Source of the DNA: a virus
Lineage: Duplodnaviria; Heunggongvirae; Uroviricota; Caudoviricetes
IMG/VR virus record: IMGVR_UViG_3300026382_000001
Strand: one strand, 5' to 3'
DNA length: 64,000 bases
The notes beneath the pieces were generated by a model that saw only the letters and a program-made list of their open reading frames with translations, searched no databases and was not told the DNA's origin. Positions within the stretch are counted from its first letter, which is position 1. Every line of letters starts with the position of its first letter. A program made the position numbers and the translations under genes. Of the stretch, positions 39,620-48,761 are shown one piece after another.

Positions 39620-40494
39620 TGTATCCCCTTTAATTTTAATATTATATCATTTTGTTTTATAAATTGATTATAATTATTTATGGATCGCCCCTCAAATTTA
39701 ATTATATTAAATCGTTTTATAAATATTATTTTATGTTTATCTGGTATAAAAGCTTCCGTAAATTTTTTTGGTACTTTTTCTAATATACATGGCATACAAC
39801 TACTTTCGAATTTTTTTCTATTCGCGACATAATTTAAATTATAATAACTAATTTTATCATAATGATTTTTATATTTATTACAATGATTACAACCTTTAAT
39901 AATATTGATAATTATTTCCGTTTGTTTTAAATAATTATTTTGTACTAAATAATTATAAAACCATTGTTTTATAATTAATTCACTATGTATTACAACATTA
40001 TCATATTTATTAAATAAATTTGTATAATACTTAAAAATCTTTTCTTTGGATATTTTATTATTTTTATAAAATTCTGGAAAGTTTTTATGAGCAGTAATAC
40101 TATAAACGAATGTAAACCATTGTTTACTTTCTGGATATTTTGTAATAATATAATCATATAATATATCGGAATTAATAATTATCTCATTTTTAATATTATA
40201 TTTAATAGACGATATTAATAAATTTTTTAATAATTCATTACCATTTTTATCATTTAAATGTTCCTTCGTCAATAAGGAATTCGTAAACGTTAATCCAATA
40301 CTAATACCAAACTTATTATAAGTATCTATATCCATTTCTGTTATTTGTATTTTTTCATCAAGTATTCTACCACCATTCCAAACACAATTGTTAAAACCAT
40401 TGTATAAAACAATATTATAATATTTTTTTAAAGTTATTAAATGGGTTAAAAATGTTCCATCTTTATAATAAGGTATTACTAATTTTTTCATCAT
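39616..40494 (-). CDS. peptidase U32-like Fe-S protein, paralog of 36231..37079
   Basis: CVWNGGR, IIN..GCNHC, CMPC, IKFEGR. Confidence 0.6.
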   Translation of the reverse strand: MMKKLVIPYYKDGTFLTHLITLKKYYNIVLYNGFNNCVWNGGRILDEKIQITEMDIDTYNKFGISIGLTFTNSLLTKEHLNDKNGNELLKNLLISSIKYNIKNEIIINSDILYDYIITKYPESKQWFTFVYSITAHKNFPEFYKNNKISKEKIFKYYTNLFNKYDNVVIHSELIIKQWFYNYLVQNNYLKQTEIIINIIKGCNHCNKYKNHYDKISYYNLNYVANRKKFESSCMPCILEKVPKKFTEAFIPDKHKIIFIKRFNIIKFEGRSINNYNQFIKQNDIILKLKGIQ

Positions 40495-41240
40495 GTTCCT
40501 TTATAAAACGTGTTGTAATTATATTCTTTATTAATAGCATCTCCTATTGGACATATATCTATATCGCAAGAATATTTTTTATTTAAATATTTATTTAAAT
40601 TTATAATTTTTATTTCTGTTTTTTCAATACCACATGCAACATATAATAAACCAGTGCTTAATAAAAAAATAAAAGCATTTGGTGTACAAACATTAGAGGT
40701 ATTAAATATATTTAATTGATGATCAATATAATTTGTTAAATTAGCAAGATTATTTTTTAAATATTTAAAAACTGATTGTTCATTATTTGATAAATCTTTT
40801 ATAGTAATACCTAACTTAATATCTAGTTTATTTAAGTTCTTATATAATTTTATAATTTTATTACTTCCTTCGTAAATATCGTTTTTTTCAAAAAATATGT
40901 CTATATATAAATATTCTTTATATATTGAATTATTTAATAAATTATTTAACTTAATTATATCATTAAAATTGTAATCTAATAATATGGAAACATTTACGAT
41001 ATTATACTCTTTCATGTTTAAATTATTTATTAATTTAAGTTGTTGTATATTAGTAACACTTAAAGTTATTTTTATATTATTAGATTTAAATACTTTTAAA
41101 ATATAATACAAATCATTTATATTAATATTATTTAATTCAATATCTAATACAATATTAGGAATATTTTTTATACCATTATAAAGTTTTTTTATATTGTCGA
41201 GTTTACCATCGGTAATAATGTTAATATATGTATACATCAT
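40491..41240 (-). CDS. degenerate radical SAM-like protein lacking CxxxCxxC
   Basis: keeps the paralog-type C-terminus CTPNAF...VAC...CDIDICP. Confidence 0.5.
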   Translation of the reverse strand: MMYTYINIITDGKLDNIKKLYNGIKNIPNIVLDIELNNININDLYYILKVFKSNNIKITLSVTNIQQLKLINNLNMKEYNIVNVSILLDYNFNDIIKLNNLLNNSIYKEYLYIDIFFEKNDIYEGSNKIIKLYKNLNKLDIKLGITIKDLSNNEQSVFKYLKNNLANLTNYIDHQLNIFNTSNVCTPNAFIFLLSTGLLYVACGIEKTEIKIINLNKYLNKKYSCDIDICPIGDAINKEYNYNTFYKGT

Positions 41241-42169
41241 TAATCTTTTTTAGTTAATAATAATGGGTAATCCAAACAGGAATCGCGTTGGCAAATAATT
41301 TTTTTACCAAAATATTTTAAAAATTTTACTGGGTTTTGTTTTATATTAAAATTATAATTTAAACAATCTGCGGTGAAGGTAAGGTTTTCATCTATATGTC
41401 CATAATTATAAGAACATGTTTTATTTTTATAACTTATATTATCTTTCATTACTTCATTCAATGTAATTTTTTTATTATTATAAAAAAATTCCGGAATATT
41501 TTGATTAAATACTTTTTCTGGTAATTTTAAATAAGATATCTTATTTAAAAAATCTAAGAAATTATTTGATTTAAATTCCTCATTTTTAAATATTATCTGA
41601 GGACTATATATTATATTATTACTAATACAAAAATAATATAGTTCTAAAATAATATTTTTAAAAAAGTATTCTGTTTTTTCAGTTAAATATAACATTGGTG
41701 AAATAATAATATTAAATTTTTTAGATACAATTAGTTCTAATTTATCAAATAAATTCTTTTTATGATTAATATTATTTAAGTATTCTGGATGTAAACTAAG
41801 CCAATGATTAACATTATTATAATTTGGGTGATTTTTATAAAATTCATATGATTGAAAAAAATTAGTACTTATAAATATATCTGAGTTAGGTTTATCTATA
41901 TCGGAAAATTTATCTAAAATATTAAAATATAATTCTTTATTTAATGTTGGTTCTCCGCCAAGCAATCCCAACGTAAAATCAAAAGGATGTTTTTTTAATA
42001 AATTTAATAATATCGTAGAATTTTTTAATAATATTTTATTATCATTTTTTATATTTAAACTATTATCAAATTTTTGAAAACAATATGTACAATTTATATT
42101 ACACATCATTTGTATATCATAATCTAAATATATTCTATTTTCTTGTGAGTATATAGAATTCCAATACAT
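41240..42169 (-). CDS. radical SAM protein (twitch-like C-terminus), closest to 32802..33752
   Basis: CNINCTYC, LGLLGGEPT, SLHPEY; CQRDSC. Confidence 0.9.
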   Translation of the reverse strand: MYWNSIYSQENRIYLDYDIQMMCNINCTYCFQKFDNSLNIKNDNKILLKNSTILLNLLKKHPFDFTLGLLGGEPTLNKELYFNILDKFSDIDKPNSDIFISTNFFQSYEFYKNHPNYNNVNHWLSLHPEYLNNINHKKNLFDKLELIVSKKFNIIISPMLYLTEKTEYFFKNIILELYYFCISNNIIYSPQIIFKNEEFKSNNFLDFLNKISYLKLPEKVFNQNIPEFFYNNKKITLNEVMKDNISYKNKTCSYNYGHIDENLTFTADCLNYNFNIKQNPVKFLKYFGKKIICQRDSCLDYPLLLTKKD

Positions 42170-42178
42170 ATATTTCCT

Positions 42179-43051
42179 TTATAATAAATATTTATTCACG
42201 TTTGTTTTATCCCCATCGTAACTAGTACAAAAATTTTCATCACATATTACTTTTTTATTTACTGGTATATCGTGATTTTTAATATTTAAATTCTGTTTTA
42301 AATTATAAGAACATGAAAATATTATATCACCATTAATATTAATATCAAAAACATTTGGAGTACAGTTAAATTGTTTTTTATTGTACTTAGCATTTACAGC
42401 ATAATTTTTAGATATATACTTAAACATTTTTTCTTCTGAGATACCGCAGGAAAATATATCAAATAATACATCATTTTTAAATATGGGTATAAATCTATAT
42501 TTTATATCATTTTCATTTAGGAAATCTAAAATTAATTCAATTTTTTCTTTATGTTCTTTGGTTAATACATCATCTATATAAAAATTAATAAACATTTGTA
42601 TATTTTCTTCATTATAAGTTTTTAGATTAAAAAATAAAGAATCGAAATTTTTTAAAAAATTAAAGGGATGTACACTAATATTTAACATAGATTTTTTAAA
42701 TTTTTTTAATAATTTTAAATCCTTATAAATTAATCCATTTGATGTAATTGAAAAAATATCAACTACTCCAAGAATATGTAAATCTAACATATCTTCTATT
42801 TTTTCATTAAGTAATTCTTGACTTAATGTTAGAGGTTCGCCACCCAAGAAATCTATATATAATTCCTTATTTGGATATTTTTTTTTAATCTTCTTTAATC
42901 TATGTTTAAAAAAAGTCCAAACGGATTTAGAAATTAACTTTACAGTATTTAAATAAGATACATAACAATATGGGCAATTTAAATTACAAGTCGTCGTTGG
43001 TTCTATAGATACATAAACTTGTTTATTTTGTATATTCGAGCAACTCATCAT
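42179..43051 (-). CDS. radical SAM protein (twitch-like C-terminus)
   Basis: CNLNCPYC, FLGGEP, TSNG, SVHP; CTPN...SC...CDENFC. Confidence 0.9.
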   Translation of the reverse strand: MMSCSNIQNKQVYVSIEPTTTCNLNCPYCYVSYLNTVKLISKSVWTFFKHRLKKIKKKYPNKELYIDFLGGEPLTLSQELLNEKIEDMLDLHILGVVDIFSITSNGLIYKDLKLLKKFKKSMLNISVHPFNFLKNFDSLFFNLKTYNEENIQMFINFYIDDVLTKEHKEKIELILDFLNENDIKYRFIPIFKNDVLFDIFSCGISEEKMFKYISKNYAVNAKYNKKQFNCTPNVFDININGDIIFSCSYNLKQNLNIKNHDIPVNKKVICDENFCTSYDGDKTNVNKYLL

Positions 43052-43895
43052 TTTCCTTTAATTCTATATTTTCAAAATTATTATTTATATCCCACCAACG
43101 CCAATATAAACCAGTATCTCCATAATCTGGTCCACAATATTCTTCGAAATTAAAATCAAACAATATTTTTTTATTATAAAATTTACATTCCGCGATAAAT
43201 CTTGGACTACAATCGAATTGAAATTTGGTTTTCGTATATAAAAAAGAATTAAATTTTTCAAAAATATTTTCAACTGGAGCAGTTAAAACAAAATCTCCAA
43301 AATTATGTTTAGTTCCAGATACGTAAAGAATATTTTCATTATCCGTAATATTATCCAATTTTCTAAGATTTGTATTAATATATATTAATGTTTTGTTTTG
43401 TACTGAATTTCTAATGGTTTTAAAATATTTAAAATTTATTTTTTTAACGTAATTTATACAATTATTAAAATTATCGTAATCTTTATATATTCTTTTATCT
43501 TGTAATAAATATACCTTATCATTTTTTAAAATTTTTGAATAATCTGTGATTTTATTACATCTTAATAAAATCAATTTTTCAAATAATAAAACATATTTAT
43601 CCCAGTAATAATCATATAAACCATCTGTAAATATTAAAATATCACCTTTTATAATTTTTCTTTTAAAATTAAAAATAATATCTTTTTTATAATCATTTGG
43701 TAATATGTACTTATCTTCCCAAGCTTTATAAAAAATATTTTTAGGTGAGTTTTCTTGTATTAAAATATTTACCGAATATCCCAATTCATGAAATAATAAA
43801 TAATAATCCATTACCTCAAAGGTATGACCACATATTCTATTTCTTTCAAATTGGCTTGGACAATAAGTAAGAACTATTTTTTTACCAAAATTCAT
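43023..43895 (-). CDS. putative GT-B fold glycosyltransferase-like protein
   Basis: N-terminal ICGHTFE; C-terminal FLY...DCSPRFIAECKFYNK resembles the GT-B (D/E)x7E motif. Confidence 0.4.
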   Translation of the reverse strand: MNFGKKIVLTYCPSQFERNRICGHTFEVMDYYLLFHELGYSVNILIQENSPKNIFYKAWEDKYILPNDYKKDIIFNFKRKIIKGDILIFTDGLYDYYWDKYVLLFEKLILLRCNKITDYSKILKNDKVYLLQDKRIYKDYDNFNNCINYVKKINFKYFKTIRNSVQNKTLIYINTNLRKLDNITDNENILYVSGTKHNFGDFVLTAPVENIFEKFNSFLYTKTKFQFDCSPRFIAECKFYNKKILFDFNFEEYCGPDYGDTGLYWRWWDINNNFENIELKENDELLEYTK

Positions 43896-43909
43896 TTTTT
43901 CCCTTTTAA

Positions 43910-44791
43910 TTATTTTTTTAAATTAATAAATCCAACTATATTTCTTAAGTCTGGAAAACATGGACATTCATTTAAAGTACATACTTTACTTTTTAAAATA
44001 CTTTTAAGACCTTTTTTAAAAAATATATCAAATGTAATACTAGTATTATTGCATTCATTTGTGATACCTTCTGGTCGTATACAAATATAATTCGCGTGGC
44101 AAAAAACTTTTTTAGGACTAATTTTATGTTTATTAAAATTAGTCCCATAAATAGATTCACTAATATTTTCAACCAAATCGGAATGAATTATATCAAACTG
44201 TATTTCGGGAATTAACGAAACAAGATAATTCTCATTATTTTTATTTATTTTAGAATAATTTTTATCTAGACTTTGTAAAAAATCGATATTGAATATATAA
44301 TTATTCTCTTTAAGGTACTGAAGCTTTATAGCAAAATTATCCAAACTTTTATTATTTCTTACAGCATTATTATGAATAGTAAATAAACTCCAAAATTCAT
44401 TAAAGTCTTGAAACTTTTTATAAAAGTATTCGTATTGTTTAATACTTCCAGTTAAATTAGATAAAAATTCTATTTTAACGCTTTCTTTTCTGTATGAAAA
44501 TACTTCAAATATATTATCTAAATACTTATAGTAATCTTTGGACTCGGTTAATTCCCCACCAAGTATAGATAACGAAATTATTTTAAAATTCTTTGTATCA
44601 GTATCTAATTTAATTAGGATATCTTTAAATTCATCTGGACTTAACTTAATCGAACTATTTAATTTAGAATATGTAAAACAATATTCACAACCAATACTAC
44701 AATTATAAAAAGGTATTAATTGAACATAAATACCCAAGTTATTATTAAATATTTTTGTATTTAATTCACTGGGTTTATTTTTAGATAACAT
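43910..44791 (-). CDS. radical SAM protein (twitch-like C-terminus)
   Basis: CSIGCEYC, LGGELT, LSNL, TIH; CTLNECPC. Confidence 0.88.
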   Translation of the reverse strand: MLSKNKPSELNTKIFNNNLGIYVQLIPFYNCSIGCEYCFTYSKLNSSIKLSPDEFKDILIKLDTDTKNFKIISLSILGGELTESKDYYKYLDNIFEVFSYRKESVKIEFLSNLTGSIKQYEYFYKKFQDFNEFWSLFTIHNNAVRNNKSLDNFAIKLQYLKENNYIFNIDFLQSLDKNYSKINKNNENYLVSLIPEIQFDIIHSDLVENISESIYGTNFNKHKISPKKVFCHANYICIRPEGITNECNNTSITFDIFFKKGLKSILKSKVCTLNECPCFPDLRNIVGFINLKK

Positions 44792-45636
44792 TAAAATTCC
44801 TTTAGAAAATTTGTAAAGTTAATAGATCTTTTAAATATATTATCTATATAATTGACCTTAGTTCTAAAATTATCTTCTGTTAAATCACTCCAACAATAAG
44901 TATTTAAATTATTTAATTTTTTGAATAATCTATCATATCCATAATAATTTAAAGCTTCTAACATAGCTTTATTATCGTTGGCAATAGCTAAATTATTCAT
45001 AAGTAATAATTTTTTTTTGTAATAAATACATTCTAATAATGTATTTGAAACTGAATCATTATCTTCGTTATTTATTAAATAAGTTTCAAAATTATTAAAA
45101 AAATAATCTTGATCGGTACAAGAATCAAAACCTTCTATATTACCACCAAATACTAGAACATCTCGTTCGGAAATATCGTTATTTTTTAAATAGTTTAAAA
45201 GTACTTTTTTATCTTGGCATTCAGCCCGATTATATATACCATACTTATACTGTTTTGATTGATAGTTAACTATTGATAGTTTACTATCAATAGTTAACTC
45301 GTAAAAATAAGTTGGATAGAATTTCATATTATAATATTTACTGTAATAAAAACCATTTGAAAATATTTTATTATTATTTTTTAAAAATAAATATTTAGTC
45401 TTCTCGAAAAATATATTATCTTTTATTAATTCATGTTTAGATTTAGAATATGTAAATAAAAGATTTTTAAATATTTTAGCATCTGGTTGTCTATAAAAAT
45501 TAATATTGGGCGTTCTTTTGGATGGAGAAATATTCATAATGAATTGGTTATTATAGTTCCGTAAAATTTTGGCAGGAATAGTATTCGAACCTCTTTTACG
45601 AGATCCGAATCTATTTTCTTGAATTAAGTTAATCAT
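44791..45636 (-). CDS. putative GT-B fold glycosyltransferase-like protein containing a palindromic repeat
   Basis: YGIYNR; DSVSNTLLECIYYKK resembles GT4 E.FSNxLLEA. Confidence 0.4.
   Translation of the reverse strand: MINLIQENRFGSRKRGSNTIPAKILRNYNNQFIMNISPSKRTPNINFYRQPDAKIFKNLLFTYSKSKHELIKDNIFFEKTKYLFLKNNNKIFSNGFYYSKYYNMKFYPTYFYELTIDSKLSIVNYQSKQYKYGIYNRAECQDKKVLLNYLKNNDISERDVLVFGGNIEGFDSCTDQDYFFNNFETYLINNEDNDSVSNTLLECIYYKKKLLLMNNLAIANDNKAMLEALNYYGYDRLFKKLNNLNTYCWSDLTEDNFRTKVNYIDNIFKRSINFTNFLKEF
45262..45299. repeat. intragenic copy of the AATAGTTAACTATT family (hairpin with 17-bp arms)
   Basis: AGTTAACTATTGATAGT-TT-ACTATCAATAGTTAACT at 45264-45299. Confidence 0.8.
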
Positions 45637-45653
45637 TGTTAATCATTATAATT

Positions 45654-46268
45654 TTATAGAATTTTAGTAGGAATTATTTTTTCAGCTAATACCTCTAATT
45701 CTTCTTCATCAGCATAATCAATATCTTCTTTAGTTTGTATTAATTCGTTATTTAATTCTAAAAATGGTTTGAGTTCATCCTGTATACTTAAATACAATTC
45801 TAATTTTTCGATAGCGCTTTCGTCGTCTAATTCTAAAATTTCAATATATTTATCTTCTTTATTATCTTCAGTAATAAAAATTCCTTTAGCTGCAAAATAA
45901 TTAAATAAAGTAATATAATGAATATATGTTAAAAAGCTAATTTTTTGAATATTTAAGGCCAAATTATTATCCATATAATTATATAATTCTACTTTTTTTA
46001 ATTCTAGTTCTTCTGCTTCTAAAGTAGTGCCTTCGGGTAAATCTTCTTTAAGATATATAAAACTATCTTTAGTAATACTTTTTTTAAAAATATCTTCTTC
46101 TTTAATATATACTTTTCCATATTCATTAACCAAGGCATTGTACATATATTTTGTTGCATCGTCAATCATAGCATAATTTTCGAATAATTCTAAATCTTGA
46201 CCAGAGAATTGCATAATTTCAGAAATTACAAAATTTCCATTTATTTTATTTAGTAAAGCTACTTGCAT
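45654..46268 (-). CDS. acidic hypothetical protein next to the Cys-rich protein
   Basis: 204-aa ORF with SD; KGIFITEDNKEDKYIEIL segment. Confidence 0.6.
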   Translation of the reverse strand: MQVALLNKINGNFVISEIMQFSGQDLELFENYAMIDDATKYMYNALVNEYGKVYIKEEDIFKKSITKDSFIYLKEDLPEGTTLEAEELELKKVELYNYMDNNLALNIQKISFLTYIHYITLFNYFAAKGIFITEDNKEDKYIEILELDDESAIEKLELYLSIQDELKPFLELNNELIQTKEDIDYADEEELEVLAEKIIPTKIL

Positions 46269-46285
46269 TTATTTTCCTTTAATTT

Positions 46286-46864
46286 TTAATAATTTGCATT
46301 ACAGTTACATGTACATACTGTATTACATTTACATACACTTGGACAAGAGTTATGGTCATTTTGATTACATAATCTAGCAACTGCTTTTAATTTATTTTTT
46401 AATGTTGTCATACTTGCATTATCTATTAAATTACCGCGGGATCTATATGTTACGGAACCAGTTGTTGCAACAACATTATCTGCCCACCATTTCATAGTAT
46501 TATAATGATCATGGTCTACTAATTTACCCGGAGCAACTAAAGATGATATTGCCTCGATATCAGAAATGTTTCTTTCGCTAGCAATACTATGAATAATATC
46601 ATACATATCTTTAAAATGTTTATCATCTATTAATTCATTGTTTGGTGAAGTATGTCCAAATACTGTTTCCAAAGCACTTGCATAATTAGAACTACAAGTA
46701 TCTCTATACGAAGGACATGTACTAGCAACATCAGTATTAGAATTAGGAGGATTATTAGACGAGGTATTTCCATCTCCTCCGGTAGTATAAACTCTGGTAC
46801 CAGATGACCAAACTGTCGTATTAAATCGACAATTAATATTAGTTGTTTTGGTAGTACGAGACAC
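46286..46864 (-). CDS. Ser/Thr/Asn-rich protein with a 7-Cys C-terminal tail; candidate radical SAM substrate and virion fibre component
   Basis: ends CNQNDHNSCPSVCKCNTVCTCNCNANY; three L(I/V)D repeats; strong AAGGAG SD. Confidence 0.65.
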   Translation of the reverse strand: MSRTTKTTNINCRFNTTVWSSGTRVYTTGGDGNTSSNNPPNSNTDVASTCPSYRDTCSSNYASALETVFGHTSPNNELIDDKHFKDMYDIIHSIASERNISDIEAISSLVAPGKLVDHDHYNTMKWWADNVVATTGSVTYRSRGNLIDNASMTTLKNKLKAVARLCNQNDHNSCPSVCKCNTVCTCNCNANY

Positions 46865-46875
46865 ATTTTCTCCTT

Positions 46876-48723
46876 TTATTTATTATTTATAATTTTATCA
46901 AATATGTATAAATATTTACTAATTTGATTGTTAATTTCACATGATAATGTTAAACCATGAGAGTACATATCTTTATAAAGATCATTAGTAGTACTAGTGT
47001 CTAAAGATCTATCTGGGGTTATATTTACCATTGGGCATTTAACACATGTAAGTGTTTTACATCCATCGCAATATGAATATTCTTTATCCGAATTAATAAC
47101 CTTTTCCAATTTTTCTTTTGTTTTAAAGAATTTTTGTTGAAAAGTATCTGAAGTTATATCACCGTATTTTAAACTATTTAATTGTTCTTTTTTATATGGA
47201 AATTTAACATTTGTATGTTCTTCTCCAAATTCAGTTCTATGACAATATCTTCCAATACCATCCTGATCAAGACCAAATAATTTACTTCCCGCAGAACATG
47301 TGGTATTATTAGCAGCATAACTCATTTCTCTAAACCATCTGGTAAAAGCTGGTTTGTTATTTATTAATCTATCCATTTCAAATTTTAATAAATATTTAAA
47401 AGTCTCGTCTAATTCGGTAAATAGTTTTTCTTTTGGTTTTGTATTTCCACACTTTTCCTGTTGTCTTAAATTATACATTAATATAGAGGTAGTATCGAAA
47501 GTTGGATAATAAGAAAAGTTATTTGGATTATTATTTTTTTTATTTATATCTTCTTCAAATGTTACATAATCCTGCACTGCGTCTGGAACACTACTAATAG
47601 CCTCCAATGGTAAAGTCGCTTTTAAGGATACCTTAATTCCATTATCTTCATTAAGTAAAGCTCTAATTTCTTTAGTAAGAGATTCTTTAGTTCCATTTTT
47701 TTTAGAATCTTTTCTATAATCATCTTGGATTCTTCCACCATCATAAGATATTTGAACTTTAATCTTATCTCTTGGAAAATCTGGATGGAAGAAACCAATA
47801 GTTCTTTTAGCAGAATAATTATTAGTAATTAAAATAATATATTTTAAATCTAATTCATCTTCTAATAATTTAGTTAATTTGTGAGTTACTTCCTGTGGTA
47901 CTAAAGTTGGTTCTCCACCAAGAATACTAAAAGACATTTTAGAAACAAGTCCTTTTTCTTCTAAAGTTCTGGCAAAATTTTTTATACCTTTGACAATATC
48001 TTCTACATCATCTATCGATAATATTTCGGTAACTTTATCAAGACCTTCATAACAATAAGTACATTTAAAATTACAATTTTTATTTATTTGAAATACTATA
48101 TGAAATGAATCTTCGTCATCATGATTTGTAGGATCTGGAGTATCGTCGTGAAAATAATGTTCTTTTTTTAAGATAATATCTTTTTCATTTAATTTTTTTT
48201 CATCTAGTGTTTTTCTATAGTAATTATTTAAATCGTTATATAAATTTTTTAAATTAATATCATTTTCTATTAATTCTTCGTAATGTCTAGCATATTCCAA
48301 TCTGTTGTGAGCTTCTTGATAAGTTTCCTGATATTTATATTGAATTATAGTAGTACTCAATTCTTTTACAAATTCGCCAATATCATTTATAAAATTACTA
48401 AAATCGTTTCCAGTAACTTCGGAAATATATTTTAAAAGAATTATCATTTCAAATAAATCATCATTTATTAATTTTAAAATTTTAATAGTTTGTTCATTAC
48501 GTTCTGGAGTTTCTTCAAAGTCTTCTAAGGTATCTAATAAAATATCCTTAGTTTTAATATCCGATTGACCTAAAATATTAAAGATATCTAATAAAATATT
48601 TAAATTATCCTCGTTAAATATAAAGGAAATTTCCTTTATATTTAACAATGAATTATTTATTAATTCATTTATTCTCGGTATAGCCTCTTCTGGATTAATA
48701 CTCATTTCTTCAAACTTTTCCAT
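46876..48723 (-). CDS. radical SAM/SPASM protein with a ~200-aa N-terminal extension
   Basis: CNFKCTYC, LGGEPT, ISYDG; CSAG...YCH...CDGCKTLTCVKCP...SC. Confidence 0.9.
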   Translation of the reverse strand: MEKFEEMSINPEEAIPRINELINNSLLNIKEISFIFNEDNLNILLDIFNILGQSDIKTKDILLDTLEDFEETPERNEQTIKILKLINDDLFEMIILLKYISEVTGNDFSNFINDIGEFVKELSTTIIQYKYQETYQEAHNRLEYARHYEELIENDINLKNLYNDLNNYYRKTLDEKKLNEKDIILKKEHYFHDDTPDPTNHDDEDSFHIVFQINKNCNFKCTYCYEGLDKVTEILSIDDVEDIVKGIKNFARTLEEKGLVSKMSFSILGGEPTLVPQEVTHKLTKLLEDELDLKYIILITNNYSAKRTIGFFHPDFPRDKIKVQISYDGGRIQDDYRKDSKKNGTKESLTKEIRALLNEDNGIKVSLKATLPLEAISSVPDAVQDYVTFEEDINKKNNNPNNFSYYPTFDTTSILMYNLRQQEKCGNTKPKEKLFTELDETFKYLLKFEMDRLINNKPAFTRWFREMSYAANNTTCSAGSKLFGLDQDGIGRYCHRTEFGEEHTNVKFPYKKEQLNSLKYGDITSDTFQQKFFKTKEKLEKVINSDKEYSYCDGCKTLTCVKCPMVNITPDRSLDTSTTNDLYKDMYSHGLTLSCEINNQISKYLYIFDKIINNK

Positions 48724-48761
48724 TTATTTAATCCTATTCTTTTTAAGTTTTATAAAAATAT

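Noticed and set aside
28997-48723. Radical SAMs as QueE (7-deazaguanine DNA modification) or NrdG
   Set aside because: No QueE-type RxxGCxxxCxxCD context, and no recognisable folE, queC, queD, dpdA or nrdD in the window
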